A stretch of DNA of 64,000 nucleotides from Escherichia phage PE37. The stretch lies in sequence record NC_054929.1, one strand, 5' to 3'. Under the pieces are notes generated by a model. That model did not search any database, was not told the DNA's origin, and saw only the letters and a program-made list of their open reading frames with translations. Both the position numbers and the translations under genes were made by a program. Below are positions 37,852 through 48,845 of this stretch, piece by piece. Every line of letters starts with the position of its first letter. Positions within the stretch are counted from its first letter, which is position 1.

Positions 37852-38690
37852 TTCAATTCGTAATTCCAAGCTATCAACGCGTAGGGGCAGTTTCTGCCCT
37901 TGATATGTTTCCGACTGATTATGAACCTCATATTGTAGTACGTGAACATGAAGAAAAAGCTTATTATGACGCTTACGGGTCTAGGGCTAAAATTATAACT
38001 ATTCCTGATGATGTTAATGGAATTGCTGGTACTCGTAAAGCAATTACTGATATGTATGCAGGTCAACGAATCTGGATGATTGATGATGATACTACTATTC
38101 GTATGAGTTCAATGCGAAAAAGAGATGATCGTCGTTGTGTGGATAAAGTCAATCAATTGACTCGTGAACAGTTCTATGAATTGATTCAATATGTTGAGGA
38201 TGCCATGGATTGTGGGTATTATCATGGCCATGCTCGTCTACCTATTTTTAAAATTACTTCATCTTGGGGTAATTATCGTGAAAATTCATATGGATTCACG
38301 AATACATGGTATGACCTCGGAAAACTTACGACAGAACAAATTGGGTATGGAAAAATTGATTTGTGCGAAGATATGTATGCATTTCTCAATTTAATTAATC
38401 AAGGTTATCCGCATTTGGCCTTGTTCAAATATCTGGTTGTATCTGGAAAAGCACAAGCTCCTGGCGGGTGCAGTTCAATTCGTAGTAATTCTAAACATAA
38501 TAGAGCGCTTGAACAAATCAATAGAGAATTTCCAGAGCAAGCTCGTTGGAAAACTTCTAATATTGAAAAACGAAAATCGTTGGGTGAAGAAGATGAGCCA
38601 TTAAAGGTTCTTCGTATGTGTGTTTCGCGCAAAGAAAAATCAGAAGCATTTCATAAGTTTAATGCTATTCATCCGATAGCAGTTGATTAA
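37848..38690 (+). CDS. putative DNA glycosyltransferase (GT-A-like, DxD motif) at the beta-gt locus; candidate T2/T6-type beta-alpha-glucosyltransferase
   Basis: 280 aa; IWMIDDDTT DxD motif; occupies position of T4 beta-gt but is unrelated to the 351-aa T4 protein. Confidence 0.5.
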   Translation: MIQFVIPSYQRVGAVSALDMFPTDYEPHIVVREHEEKAYYDAYGSRAKIITIPDDVNGIAGTRKAITDMYAGQRIWMIDDDTTIRMSSMRKRDDRRCVDKVNQLTREQFYELIQYVEDAMDCGYYHGHARLPIFKITSSWGNYRENSYGFTNTWYDLGKLTTEQIGYGKIDLCEDMYAFLNLINQGYPHLALFKYLVVSGKAQAPGGCSSIRSNSKHNRALEQINREFPEQARWKTSNIEKRKSLGEEDEPLKVLRMCVSRKEKSEAFHKFNAIHPIAVD

Positions 38691-38767
38691 TGCCTAAATT
38701 TATTGTGTTATAATTACTCTATCTTTAACCAGTGAGGAAAATATAATGATGCCTATGGAAAAAATGA

Positions 38768-39949
38768 ATGTCTATTGCAGATTTAAAATCCCGTTTGATT
38801 AAAGCTTCCACTTCTAAAATGACTGCTGAACTGACTACATCTAAATTCTTTAATGAAAAGGATGTAATCCGTACAAAAATTCCAATGCTGAATATTGCTA
38901 TTTCTGGTGCGATTGATGGCGGTATGCAGTCTGGTTTAACTATTTTCGCAGGGCCTTCTAAACACTTTAAATCAAATATGTCTTTGACTATGGTTGCGGC
39001 ATATTTGAACAAATATCCTGACGCGGTTTGTCTATTCTATGATAGCGAATTTGGTATTACTCCAGCTTATTTGCGATCCATGGGAGTTGACCCGGAACGA
39101 GTAATTCATACGCCAATCCAGTCAGTTGAACAGCTGAAAATTGATATGGTGAATCAGCTTGAAGCTATTGAGCGTGGTGAAAAGGTTATTGTATTCATCG
39201 ACTCAATCGGTAATATGGCTTCTAAGAAAGAAACGGAAGATGCTTTGAATGAAAAATCTGTGGCAGATATGACTCGTGCTAAATCACTGAAGTCATTATT
39301 CCGTATTGTTACTCCTTATTTTAGCATTAAAAATATTCCATGTGTTGCGGTTAACCATACAATTGAAACAATTGAAATGTTTAGTAAAACCGTGATGACA
39401 GGTGGTACAGGCGTAATGTATTCGGCTGATACTGTATTCATTATCGGTAAACGTCAGATTAAAGATGGTTCTGATCTTCAAGGGTATCAATTTGTTCTAA
39501 ATGTAGAAAAATCTCGTACCGTTAAAGAAAAAAGTAAATTCTTTATTGATGTTAAATTTGACGGTGGTATCGATCCTTATTCTGGATTGTTAGATATGGC
39601 TCTAGAATTAGGATTCGTAGTAAAACCTAAGAATGGTTGGTATGCTCGTGAATTTCTTGACGAAGAAACCGGCGAGATGATTCGCGAAGAAAAATCTTGG
39701 CGTGCAAAAGATACTAACTGCACTACATTCTGGGGTCCTTTATTTAAGCATCAACCATTCCGAGATGCTATTAAACGTGCTTATCAGTTAGGTGCTATTG
39801 ATAGTAATGAAATTGTTGAAGCTGAAGTTGACGAATTGATTAACTCAAAGGTTGAAAAATTTAAATCTCCAGAAAGTAAAAGTAAATCAGCAGCTGATTT
39901 AGAAACTGACCTAGAACAGTTAAGTGATATGGAAGAATTTAATGAATAA
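38768..39949 (+). CDS. uvsX: recombinase UvsX (RecA-like)
   Basis: 393 aa; Walker A GPSKHFKS; closely matches recalled T4 UvsX. Confidence 0.95.
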   Translation: MSIADLKSRLIKASTSKMTAELTTSKFFNEKDVIRTKIPMLNIAISGAIDGGMQSGLTIFAGPSKHFKSNMSLTMVAAYLNKYPDAVCLFYDSEFGITPAYLRSMGVDPERVIHTPIQSVEQLKIDMVNQLEAIERGEKVIVFIDSIGNMASKKETEDALNEKSVADMTRAKSLKSLFRIVTPYFSIKNIPCVAVNHTIETIEMFSKTVMTGGTGVMYSADTVFIIGKRQIKDGSDLQGYQFVLNVEKSRTVKEKSKFFIDVKFDGGIDPYSGLLDMALELGFVVKPKNGWYAREFLDEETGEMIREEKSWRAKDTNCTTFWGPLFKHQPFRDAIKRAYQLGAIDSNEIVEAEVDELINSKVEKFKSPESKSKSAADLETDLEQLSDMEEFNE

Positions 39950-40286
39950 AGATGATTTAGATTTAGATCTAGAAATTATCGATGAATCCCCCTCTTCGGA
40001 GGGGGAAGAAGAAAGAAAAGAACGTCTTTTTAATGAGTCTCTTAAGATAATTAAATCCGCTATGGAAAATGTTATCCAGGAGATTGTCATTAAACTAGAA
40101 GATGGTTCTACACATATAGTGTATGTAACTAAACTGGATTGGGTTGATGGAAAGGTTGTAATGGACTTTGCTGTTCTTGACCAAGAAAGAAAAGCTGAGT
40201 TAGCTCCTCATGTAGAAAAATGTATTACAATGCAACTGCAAGATGCATTTAATAAAAGGTCAAAGAAAAAATTTAAATTCTTTTAA
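39942..40286 (+). CDS. 40: gp40 head-initiation-related protein
   Basis: Track ORF 39924..40286 trimmed to ATG 39942; position between uvsX and 41. Confidence 0.6.
   Translation: MNKDDLDLDLEIIDESPSSEGEEERKERLFNESLKIIKSAMENVIQEIVIKLEDGSTHIVYVTKLDWVDGKVVMDFAVLDQERKAELAPHVEKCITMQLQDAFNKRSKKKFKFF
39988..40005 (+). other. stable UUCG-tetraloop hairpin inside gene 40 coding sequence
   Basis: cccctc-ttcg-gagggg, 6-7 bp GC stem, no following T-run. Confidence 0.5.
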
Positions 40287-40295
40287 GGAGTAAGT

Positions 40296-41723
40296 GTGGT
40301 AGAAATTATTCTTTCTCATCTCATATTTGATCAAGCTTATTTTTCAAAAGTTTGGCCATATATGGATTCAGAATATTTTGAAAGTGGTCCAGCTAAAAAT
40401 ACATTCAAATTAATTAAATCTCATGTTAATGAGTACCATAGCGTTCCATCTATTAATGCGTTAAATGTTGCATTAGAAAATAGTTCATTTACTGAAACAG
40501 AATATTCTGGTGTAAAAACACTTATTTCAAAACTGGCTGATTCTCCAGAAGACCACAGTTGGTTAGTAAAAGAAACAGAAAAATATGTTCAGCAAAGGGC
40601 GATGTTTAATGCTACGTCTAAAATAATCGAAATTCAAACTAATGCTGAACTTCCTCCGGAAAAACGAAATAAGAAAATGCCGGATGTTGGTGCTATTCCT
40701 GACATCATGCGCCAGGCATTATCAATTTCATTTGATAGTTACGTTGGTCATGACTGGATGGATGACTACGAAGCACGTTGGCTATCTTATATGAATAAAG
40801 CTCGTAAGGTTCCATTTAAACTCAAAATTCTAAATAAAATTACTAAAGGCGGAGCTGAGACTGGAACACTGAACGTTTTAATGGCTGGTGTTAACGTTGG
40901 TAAGTCATTAGGTCTGTGTTCATTGGCAGCAGATTATTTACAGCTCGGTCATAATGTTCTTTACATTTCAATGGAAATGGCAGAAGAAGTCTGTGCTAAA
41001 CGTATTGACGCTAACATGCTTGATGTTTCTCTTGATGACATTGATGATGGGCATATTTCTTACGCTGAATATAAAGGAAAAATGGAAAAATGGCGTGAGA
41101 AATCTACTCTCGGTCGTTTAATCGTTAAACAGTATCCTACTGGTGGAGCAGACGCTAATACATTTCGATCACTTTTAAACGAATTGAAGCTCAAAAAGAA
41201 TTTTGTTCCAACAATCATTATCGTCGACTATTTAGGTATTTGTAAATCTTGCCGCATTAGAGTTTATTCAGAAAATAGTTACACAACTGTTAAAGCTATC
41301 GCAGAGGAATTGCGTGCTCTGGCTGTTGAAACCGAAACTGTTCTTTGGACCGCAGCACAAGTTGGTAAGCAAGCTTGGGATTCTTCTGATGTTAACATGA
41401 GCGATATTGCAGAATCTGCTGGTCTTCCAGCAACAGCTGATTTTATGCTTGCGGTCATTGAAACCGAGGAGCTAGCAGCTGCTGAACAACAACTCATTAA
41501 GCAAATCAAATCACGATATGGCGATAAGAATAAGTGGAATAAGTTTTTAATGGGTGTTCAAAAGGGAAATCAGAAATGGGTAGAAATTGAACAAGATTCT
41601 ACTCCAACTGAAGTGAACGAAGTAGCAGGTTCACAGCAGATTCAGGCTGAACAGAATCGCTATCAAAGAAATGAATCCACTCGAGCTCAGTTAGATGCTT
41701 TGGCGAATGAATTAAAATTTTAG
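40296..41723 (+). CDS. 41: replicative DNA helicase gp41 (DnaB-like)
   Basis: 475 aa; Walker A GVNVGKS; GTG start after AAGGAG RBS. Confidence 0.95.
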   Translation: MVEIILSHLIFDQAYFSKVWPYMDSEYFESGPAKNTFKLIKSHVNEYHSVPSINALNVALENSSFTETEYSGVKTLISKLADSPEDHSWLVKETEKYVQQRAMFNATSKIIEIQTNAELPPEKRNKKMPDVGAIPDIMRQALSISFDSYVGHDWMDDYEARWLSYMNKARKVPFKLKILNKITKGGAETGTLNVLMAGVNVGKSLGLCSLAADYLQLGHNVLYISMEMAEEVCAKRIDANMLDVSLDDIDDGHISYAEYKGKMEKWREKSTLGRLIVKQYPTGGADANTFRSLLNELKLKKNFVPTIIIVDYLGICKSCRIRVYSENSYTTVKAIAEELRALAVETETVLWTAAQVGKQAWDSSDVNMSDIAESAGLPATADFMLAVIETEELAAAEQQLIKQIKSRYGDKNKWNKFLMGVQKGNQKWVEIEQDSTPTEVNEVAGSQQIQAEQNRYQRNESTRAQLDALANELKF

Positions 41724-41752
41724 TTTACAAACTGACAAGACTATGGTATAGT
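41724..41752 (+). promoter_or_regulatory. T4-type early promoter
   Basis: gtttacaaactgacaagactatggtatagt. Confidence 0.55.
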
Positions 41753-41781
41753 AGTCCTGTTGGTTAAATGAGGAGATTGTT

Positions 41782-41964
41782 ATGGAATTGGTAAAGGTAG
41801 TTTTTATGGGGTGGTTTAAGAATGAAAGCATGTTTACTAAAGAAACCACAATGATGAAAGATGACGTTCAATGGGCTACTACTCAGTATGCTGAAGTTAA
41901 TAAAGCATTAGTTAAAGCTTTCATTGATGACAAGAAAGTATGTGAAGTAGATTGCCGAGGATAA
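41782..41964 (+). CDS. dmd: Dmd antitoxin (inhibitor of host RnlA/LsoA toxins)
   Basis: 60 aa, matches recalled T4 Dmd. Confidence 0.85.
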   Translation: MELVKVVFMGWFKNESMFTKETTMMKDDVQWATTQYAEVNKALVKAFIDDKKVCEVDCRG

Positions 41965-41965
41965 T

Positions 41966-42223
41966 ATGCATATTGTTTTATTTAAACCTACTCCGTATAA
42001 CGTCAGGAAAAATACTCAATTCAAAGCACTTATTGCGGATACGTGGGAATTGGTGTTAGATATTCCAGCAGAAGAAAGTCCTCCATTTGGTCGAGTGGAA
42101 TTTATTAAGTTTGCTGTACGTCCTACGAAGCGACAGATTCGTCAGTGTAAAAGGTATTTTCGTAAGATCGTTAAGCTAGAGAAACAGTTTGTAACATGTG
42201 ATTACGCAGAAATTTTAAAATAA
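41966..42223 (+). CDS. hypothetical protein (85 aa)
   Basis: Track ORF. Confidence 0.55.
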   Translation: MHIVLFKPTPYNVRKNTQFKALIADTWELVLDIPAEESPPFGRVEFIKFAVRPTKRQIRQCKRYFRKIVKLEKQFVTCDYAEILK

Positions 42224-42225
42224 CT

Positions 42226-42255
42226 GTTTACTTTTGTTGGAAATTGAGATACTAT
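42226..42255 (+). promoter_or_regulatory. T4-type early promoter
   Basis: gtttacttttgttggaaattgagatactat. Confidence 0.5.
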
Positions 42256-42283
42256 ATAAACATAAACTACTGAGGAGATTATC

Positions 42284-42577
42284 ATGAAAAAATTTATTTT
42301 TGCTACAATTTTTACTTTGGCTTCTTGTGCTGCTCAGCCTGCTATGGCAGGATATGATAAAGACTTGTGCGAATGGTCTATGACTGCAGATCAGACTGAA
42401 GTTGAAACTCAAATTGAAGCGGATATTATGAATATTGTTGAGCGCGATCGTCCTGAAATGAAAGCTGAAGTGCAAAAACAACTTAAGTCTGGTGGTGTAA
42501 TGCAGTATAATTATGTTCTGTATTGCGATAAAAACTTTAATAACAAAAATATCGTAACCGAAATCACAGGCGAATAA
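42284..42577 (+). CDS. sp: Spackle periplasmic protein (inhibitor of gp5 lysozyme; superinfection exclusion)
   Basis: 97 aa with signal peptide; position between 41 and 61. Confidence 0.75.
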   Translation: MKKFIFATIFTLASCAAQPAMAGYDKDLCEWSMTADQTEVETQIEADIMNIVERDRPEMKAEVQKQLKSGGVMQYNYVLYCDKNFNNKNIVTEITGE

Positions 42578-42578
42578 T

Positions 42579-43214
42579 ATGATTTATTATATGCACAAAA
42601 ATCCACCGTTTAAATACGGTAAATTTCCTGATGCACAATGTTATAATATAACACCTGATGAAAATAACCGTGGATATCTTATTGGCACAATTTTTGTAAT
42701 TGTTAAAGATAACGAAATCGTTGCCTGGGCAGATTTTAAAGGTACAACATATGATGTTAATCCGGTGCCTTTCACATATTACAATATAATGGATTTGGCG
42801 TACGATTATAATTGGTTTAATCATGACACGTTGGCTCCTCATATTGAAGGTGTAGGATTTGACATCTCTTATTCTAGTTACTCGTTGTGTCCTATGAGCC
42901 GAGCTCATAGAGAGCCTGAATATTTTTCATTTCGTCGGCGTGTAGACTTTAAACGCAGCACAGAGTATGTCGGTGGAATATTTGTTAAAGATAATCGAAT
43001 TACTCGCATTATTTATCCTTTGGGCGGTGGTCAAAAAGATATTGATGTTGATTTAGACTTTACTGAAAACATCATTAATCATATTGCTTCTGTGTATTTT
43101 GATATTGATCACAAAATTGTAATATGTGGATATGAATTACCATCAGAAAAACAGTCTAAAGTAAATGTTTCTATTGATGACCAAATTTTTAATGCTTTTA
43201 TGAATAGAGGTTAA
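42579..43214 (+). CDS. hypothetical protein (211 aa)
   Basis: Track ORF. Confidence 0.6.
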   Translation: MIYYMHKNPPFKYGKFPDAQCYNITPDENNRGYLIGTIFVIVKDNEIVAWADFKGTTYDVNPVPFTYYNIMDLAYDYNWFNHDTLAPHIEGVGFDISYSSYSLCPMSRAHREPEYFSFRRRVDFKRSTEYVGGIFVKDNRITRIIYPLGGGQKDIDVDLDFTENIINHIASVYFDIDHKIVICGYELPSEKQSKVNVSIDDQIFNAFMNRG

Positions 43215-43215
43215 T

Positions 43216-43380
43216 ATGAAAACATATAAAGAATTTATCAAAGAAGATATGGTCGCTGGAGATTCAGGTGGTAATCCTGAAAATATCTCTACTGGAACAA
43301 CGTCAGGCGCTGTAGTAAATAAAGGTCCTGAACAGATTCCTAAAAAGAAGAAAGAGGAATCTAAAGAAAAAGAAGAGTAA
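43216..43380 (+). CDS. hypothetical Lys/Glu-rich small protein (54 aa)
   Basis: Hand-called ORF between 42579 ORF and gene 61. Confidence 0.45.
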   Translation: MKTYKEFIKEDMVAGDSGGNPENISTGTTSGAVVNKGPEQIPKKKKEESKEKEE

Positions 43381-43382
43381 AA

Positions 43383-44411
43383 ATGTCATCAATACCTTGG
43401 ATTGATAATGAGTTTGCGTATCGTGCATTAGCTCATTTACCTAAATTCACACAAGTAAATAACAGTTCAACTTTTAAATTGCGGTTTAGATGTCCTGTTT
43501 GTGGAGATTCAAAAACCGACCAAAATAAAGCCCGTGGATGGTATTATGGTGATAATAATGAAGGAAATATTCATTGTTATAACTGTAACTATCATGCACC
43601 AATCGGAATATATTTAAAGGAGTTTGAACCCGATTTATATCGTGAGTATATCCTTGAAATAAGAAAAGAAAAAGGTAAAAGTCGTCCAGTAGAAAAACCT
43701 AAAGAACTTCCTAAGCGACCTGAGAAGAAAATAATTAAATCTCTTCCGTCATGTGTTAGATTAGATAAACTGGCGGAAGACCATCCAATTATAAAATATG
43801 TAAAAGCTCGTTGTATTCCAAAGGATAAATGGAAATATCTTTGGTTTACAACCGAATGGCCTAAATTAGTTAATAGCATAGCACCGGGAACATACAAAAA
43901 GGAAATTTCTGAGCCTCGTCTTGTTATTCCAATTTATAATGCTAATGGAAAAGCTGAGTCTTTTCAAGGACGTGCATTAAAGAAAGATGCTCCTCAAAAA
44001 TATATCACCATTAAAGCTTATCCTGAGGCAACAAAAATATATGGAGTCGAACGAGTTAAAGATGGTGATGTATATGTTCTAGAAGGACCTATAGATTCAC
44101 TTTTTATTGAAAATGGTATAGCTATTACGGGTGGTCAATTAGACCTAGAAGTTGTTCCATTTAAAGATAGACGTGTGTGGGTCTTAGATAATGAACCTCG
44201 TCACCCTGACACTATCAAACGAATGACTAAATTAGTTGATGCAGGAGAAAGGGTTATGTTTTGGGATAAATCTCCCTGGAAATCAAAAGATGTCAATGAT
44301 ATGATTAGAAAGGAAGGTGCAACCCCTGAACAAATTATGGAATATATGAAAAATAATATTGCACAGGGGTTGATGGCTAAAATGCGGCTATCTAAATATG
44401 CCAAGATTTAA
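43383..44411 (+). CDS. 61: DNA primase gp61
   Basis: 342 aa; zinc ribbon CPVCGDS...CYNC; TOPRIM-like region. Confidence 0.93.
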   Translation: MSSIPWIDNEFAYRALAHLPKFTQVNNSSTFKLRFRCPVCGDSKTDQNKARGWYYGDNNEGNIHCYNCNYHAPIGIYLKEFEPDLYREYILEIRKEKGKSRPVEKPKELPKRPEKKIIKSLPSCVRLDKLAEDHPIIKYVKARCIPKDKWKYLWFTTEWPKLVNSIAPGTYKKEISEPRLVIPIYNANGKAESFQGRALKKDAPQKYITIKAYPEATKIYGVERVKDGDVYVLEGPIDSLFIENGIAITGGQLDLEVVPFKDRRVWVLDNEPRHPDTIKRMTKLVDAGERVMFWDKSPWKSKDVNDMIRKEGATPEQIMEYMKNNIAQGLMAKMRLSKYAKI

Positions 44412-44608
44412 ATTAACCCAACTAAAGCAAATGCTAAATCTACGAATGTATCAAGAGTAACTACTGGAATATTAATACCATGTGCAATTGCAACAGGTGA
44501 TAGAATAAAGTTCCAGAGTAAAATTCCTACCATAGCAGAAATAGTAAAAGCTATACGTTTCTTATTACCTTTTATGGCATTAACAAGTGCCATTAATTTT
44601 TGTACCAT
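44408..44608 (-). CDS. antisense small membrane protein (66 aa, 2 predicted TM helices)
   Basis: Only minus-strand gene in window; strong AGGAGGA RBS; ATAAATA late-promoter-like motif upstream on minus strand; stop overlaps gene 61 stop. Confidence 0.55.
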   Translation of the reverse strand: MVQKLMALVNAIKGNKKRIAFTISAMVGILLWNFILSPVAIAHGINIPVVTLDTFVDLAFALVGLI

Positions 44609-44648
44609 ATATATATATCCTCCTTTAAATTAATATTTATCATAAATT

Positions 44649-44678
44649 TGTTTACTTTCTCAGCTTGTTATGGTATTA
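44649..44678 (+). promoter_or_regulatory. T4-type early promoter
   Basis: gtttactttctcagcttgttatggtattat upstream of 44705 ORF. Confidence 0.5.
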
Positions 44679-44704
44679 TAAAATAAATTGCTGAGGATGA
44701 TATA

Positions 44705-46042
<1,338 letters not shown>

Positions 46043-46044
<2 letters not shown>

Positions 46045-46071
46045 TTGCTTACATACTCAAATGATATAATT
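46043..46071 (+). promoter_or_regulatory. middle promoter (MotA-box-like TTGCTTAC + TATAAT) upstream of gene 56
   Basis: aattgcttacatactcaaatgatataat. Confidence 0.4.
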
Positions 46072-46104
46072 ATTTAACTTATTAATGAATTGAAAGGAAA
46101 AATA

Positions 46105-46623
46105 ATGTCTCACTTTAATGAATGCGCTCATTTGATCGAAGGTGTTGATAAAGCAACTCGTGCATATGCTGAGAATATTATGCGCAATATTGACCCATTG
46201 CAGGTTATGCTTGATATGCAGCGGTCTTTACAGATTCGTTTGGCTAATGATAAACCAGAAACAAATCGTCATCCTGATTCACTTGAAACAGCAGGAGAAG
46301 TTCTTGCTTGGTTGCGAAACCAAGACGATTATATCGCAGATGAAACTCGCGAACTATATACTTCTCTTGGTGGTATGAGTAATGGTGAAAAAGAAGCTTC
46401 TGCTGTATGGAAACCTTGGAAGAAACGTTATTCTGAAATGCAATCCAAGAAAATTCAAGATTTATCTCCCGAAGATCAGCTTGAAATTAAATTTGAACTG
46501 ATTGACCAATTTCACTTTTTCATGAATAAATTTATTGCTCTTGGAATGTCAGCTGAAGAAATATTTAAACTTTATTATCTGAAAAATGCTGAAAATTTCG
46601 CTCGTCAAGACCGAGGTTATTGA
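46105..46623 (+). CDS. 56: dCTP pyrophosphatase gp56
   Basis: 172 aa; matches recalled T4 gp56. Confidence 0.9.
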   Translation: MSHFNECAHLIEGVDKATRAYAENIMRNIDPLQVMLDMQRSLQIRLANDKPETNRHPDSLETAGEVLAWLRNQDDYIADETRELYTSLGGMSNGEKEASAVWKPWKKRYSEMQSKKIQDLSPEDQLEIKFELIDQFHFFMNKFIALGMSAEEIFKLYYLKNAENFARQDRGY

Positions 46624-46665
46624 TGATATAAATATACCTGTAATTAAACAATAAAGGAGTTTATT

Positions 46666-46902
46666 ATGGGTGGTTTCGTTAACATCAAGACCTTTACTCA
46701 TCCAGCGGGTGAAGGCAAAGAAGTTAAAGGTATGGAAGTTTCTGTTCCGTTTGAAATCTATTCTAACGAGCATCGTATTGCAGATTCTCATTATCAAATC
46801 TTTCCGTCAGAAAAAGCAGCTTATTCTGATGTAGTTTCCGATGCAGCAACTTGGAAAACTAAGAATGCTGCAATGTTTACGCCTACAGAAATAGGTGGTT
46901 AA
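46666..46902 (+). CDS. soc: small outer capsid protein Soc
   Basis: 78 aa; central and C-terminal similarity to recalled T4 Soc (HYQxFPSEKAAYS). Confidence 0.8.
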   Translation: MGGFVNIKTFTHPAGEGKEVKGMEVSVPFEIYSNEHRIADSHYQIFPSEKAAYSDVVSDAATWKTKNAAMFTPTEIGG

Positions 46903-46910
46903 TAATTCAA

Positions 46911-46935
46911 GGACTCCCGAAGGAGTCCTTTTTTT
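46911..46935 (+). terminator. intrinsic terminator
   Basis: ggactcc-cgaa-ggagtcc followed by ttttttt. Confidence 0.75.
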
Positions 46936-46945
46936 CATTTAAATG

Positions 46946-46975
46946 GTTTACTTTCCAAAATGAGTATGGTATAAT
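46946..46975 (+). promoter_or_regulatory. T4-type early promoter
   Basis: gtttactttccaaaatgagtatggtataat. Confidence 0.55.
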
Positions 46976-47001
46976 AAAATTATCTTATAGAGGAGAGCAC
47001 T

Positions 47002-47208
47002 ATGTTAAATCGTTGGATTAAACCAAATGAAGATTTAGATATTATCATTTCACGACATGTAATGAAGAAATATGAACTGCAGCCATGGTCTACAGAAGTT
47101 GTTGTGCATTCATTTATGATGTACGCAGATGGTTCTGTCGAATTTAATGCAGAGATTCGATATGATTATGGTGAAAAGCAAGTCGAATTCAAGAGAGGCT
47201 TTTTGTAA
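47002..47208 (+). CDS. hypothetical protein (68 aa)
   Basis: Track ORF with GAGGAGAG RBS. Confidence 0.5.
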   Translation: MLNRWIKPNEDLDIIISRHVMKKYELQPWSTEVVVHSFMMYADGSVEFNAEIRYDYGEKQVEFKRGFL

Positions 47209-47549
47209 TGTTTATCTTTAATTGGTTTAAAAATTTCTTTACAGATTTTTTCTCTACGACTCCTGGGGAAGGTGTAGTTCCTATTTCAAATGACTATCTT
47301 CCTTTAACTGTAGTTGAGTATGTTTATATGGGAGATGGAACAGTAGAAGCAGTTACTATGACTTATGAAGAAGCCCAAGAATATTATAAAAATCCTTGGC
47401 GCTGGTCAGTACCTACTACATCATCTAACACACAGAATACACAGTCTAGTTCTGATTCATATGATACGAATGTTCCTGTTCATGTGTGGACGGGCGATTC
47501 ATGTGGAAGTTCTTGTGATTCTAGTTGTTCATCTACATCTTGCGATTGA
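47208..47549 (+). CDS. hypothetical protein (113 aa) with Ser/Cys-rich C-terminus
   Basis: Track ORF. Confidence 0.5.
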   Translation: MFIFNWFKNFFTDFFSTTPGEGVVPISNDYLPLTVVEYVYMGDGTVEAVTMTYEEAQEYYKNPWRWSVPTTSSNTQNTQSSSDSYDTNVPVHVWTGDSCGSSCDSSCSSTSCD

Positions 47550-47557
47550 GGAAAATT

Positions 47558-48043
47558 ATGGAAGCGATTTTGTTTGAAATGTATATTAGCAGTAATAGTA
47601 TGTCGTTTGCTAAAGACGTTCCAATTACCGTAGCAGTAATGATTGATAAGGGTTATTGCGACCCAATGTATCTCGTAGAAAATTTCGTTTCAATGCCAAT
47701 TCCAGAAGATGCTGAAATAAAACTTAAAAAGATTGGTATTATTGAAACTGTGCCAAATATTCCATTTAGAGCAATTGAAGCATTTACTAAATCAGAATAC
47801 ATTAATGTTAACACAGAAAAATATAATGATGAACCTTTATCTTTTTATTCGTACGATTCAGTATATAGTTGGAAAATAGATAAAGGAAATAAATTTATAA
47901 TTGTGGACGAAGATGCTTTATCATACTTTATTTCTTCTGTATGGAATAGTTTACATCCAAATTTGCTAAAAATTCATGAATTTGATGATGCTCCTACTGT
48001 TGTTTTAGGTAAAACAGATGAAAGTTCTGAAGAAAATGCTTGA
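47558..48043 (+). CDS. hypothetical protein (161 aa)
   Basis: Track ORF 47525..48043 trimmed to ATG 47558 with GAGGAAAA RBS. Confidence 0.55.
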   Translation: MEAILFEMYISSNSMSFAKDVPITVAVMIDKGYCDPMYLVENFVSMPIPEDAEIKLKKIGIIETVPNIPFRAIEAFTKSEYINVNTEKYNDEPLSFYSYDSVYSWKIDKGNKFIIVDEDALSYFISSVWNSLHPNLLKIHEFDDAPTVVLGKTDESSEENA

Positions 48044-48221
48044 ATGGTTCAGTAGACCAAACTCAATGTATATTGACGATGGTTGGGTTGAACAAGCAAA
48101 TAAAGAAATGCAGAACGAGTCAGAAGAATGGATGAAATCAATGATTAGTGCTGAGAAAGAAAAGAAATTAGAACGCTCAGCGCTTAAATTGATGAGAGAC
48201 ATCTATGGGGATAAATCATGA
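48036..48221 (+). CDS. hypothetical protein (61 aa)
   Basis: Track ORF 48018..48221 trimmed to ATG 48036. Confidence 0.45.
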   Translation: MLEWFSRPNSMYIDDGWVEQANKEMQNESEEWMKSMISAEKEKKLERSALKLMRDIYGDKS

Positions 48222-48382
48222 ACAAGAATATGGCGTTAGAAGAGGCTAAAGCTAAAGCAAATGAAGCAATGGATTTGCTTCTTAAAATTGGCAGTAAAAT
48301 GATGGAAGAAAATGAGAAATACATTCAGGAAAACAAAATTCCTGACGGTCCATTAGTAGGCAAAAGGAAATCACATGATTGA
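48218..48382 (+). CDS. hypothetical protein (54 aa)
   Basis: Hand-called ORF, ATGA overlap upstream. Confidence 0.4.
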   Translation: MNKNMALEEAKAKANEAMDLLLKIGSKMMEENEKYIQENKIPDGPLVGKRKSHD

Positions 48383-48845
48383 AGTAGCAAAACATTATTC
48401 AATAGAATTTATGTCTAAAGAAGGTAAATCAGTAAATACACTTGATAAAAATTGCTCATTAATTATTCCTTTAGCAGAAAATCCGGATATTTTAATTAAA
48501 GATATAAAAGAAAGAAAATATCCAGAAAATGTTATTCTAATTATAAAGCATACTGAAGATATTTTGCAGAATACTGATTCACCATTTTCTTCTTCTGAAG
48601 CTTTAACTATTAAAGGCTATAAAAGAGCTCATGAATATAGTCTTTTTGACCTGTTTGAAGATGATAAAGTTAAATTAGCTAGTCAACCTTCTAAAAGTAA
48701 AACATTCATTATTGAAGATATTAAAGATATAAATGCATTTGTTAAGATGGTCTGGGCTCATTTTGATGTTGGACTACGCTGGAGAATGTCCGAAGAAGAA
48801 AGAAAGATTATTGAAGCTAATCGTCAATTTGGTTTTTATCGCTAA
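48375..48845 (+). CDS. hypothetical protein (156 aa)
   Basis: Track ORF. Confidence 0.55.
   Translation: MIEVAKHYSIEFMSKEGKSVNTLDKNCSLIIPLAENPDILIKDIKERKYPENVILIIKHTEDILQNTDSPFSSSEALTIKGYKRAHEYSLFDLFEDDKVKLASQPSKSKTFIIEDIKDINAFVKMVWAHFDVGLRWRMSEEERKIIEANRQFGFYR

Noticed and set aside
38746-38790. Short 18-codon ORF (MMPMEKMNVYCRFKIPFD) overlapping the uvsX start
   Set aside because: It has the better RBS (GAGGAAAA) but is too short to be a gene; it may be a leader peptide or my start assignment for uvsX may be slightly off. Not reported as a gene.
46624-46665. Expected segF (gene 69) homing endonuclease and oriA region between gene 56 and soc
   Set aside because: Only 42 bp separate 56 and soc, so no such gene is present here; absence is noted in the summary but there is no feature to annotate.
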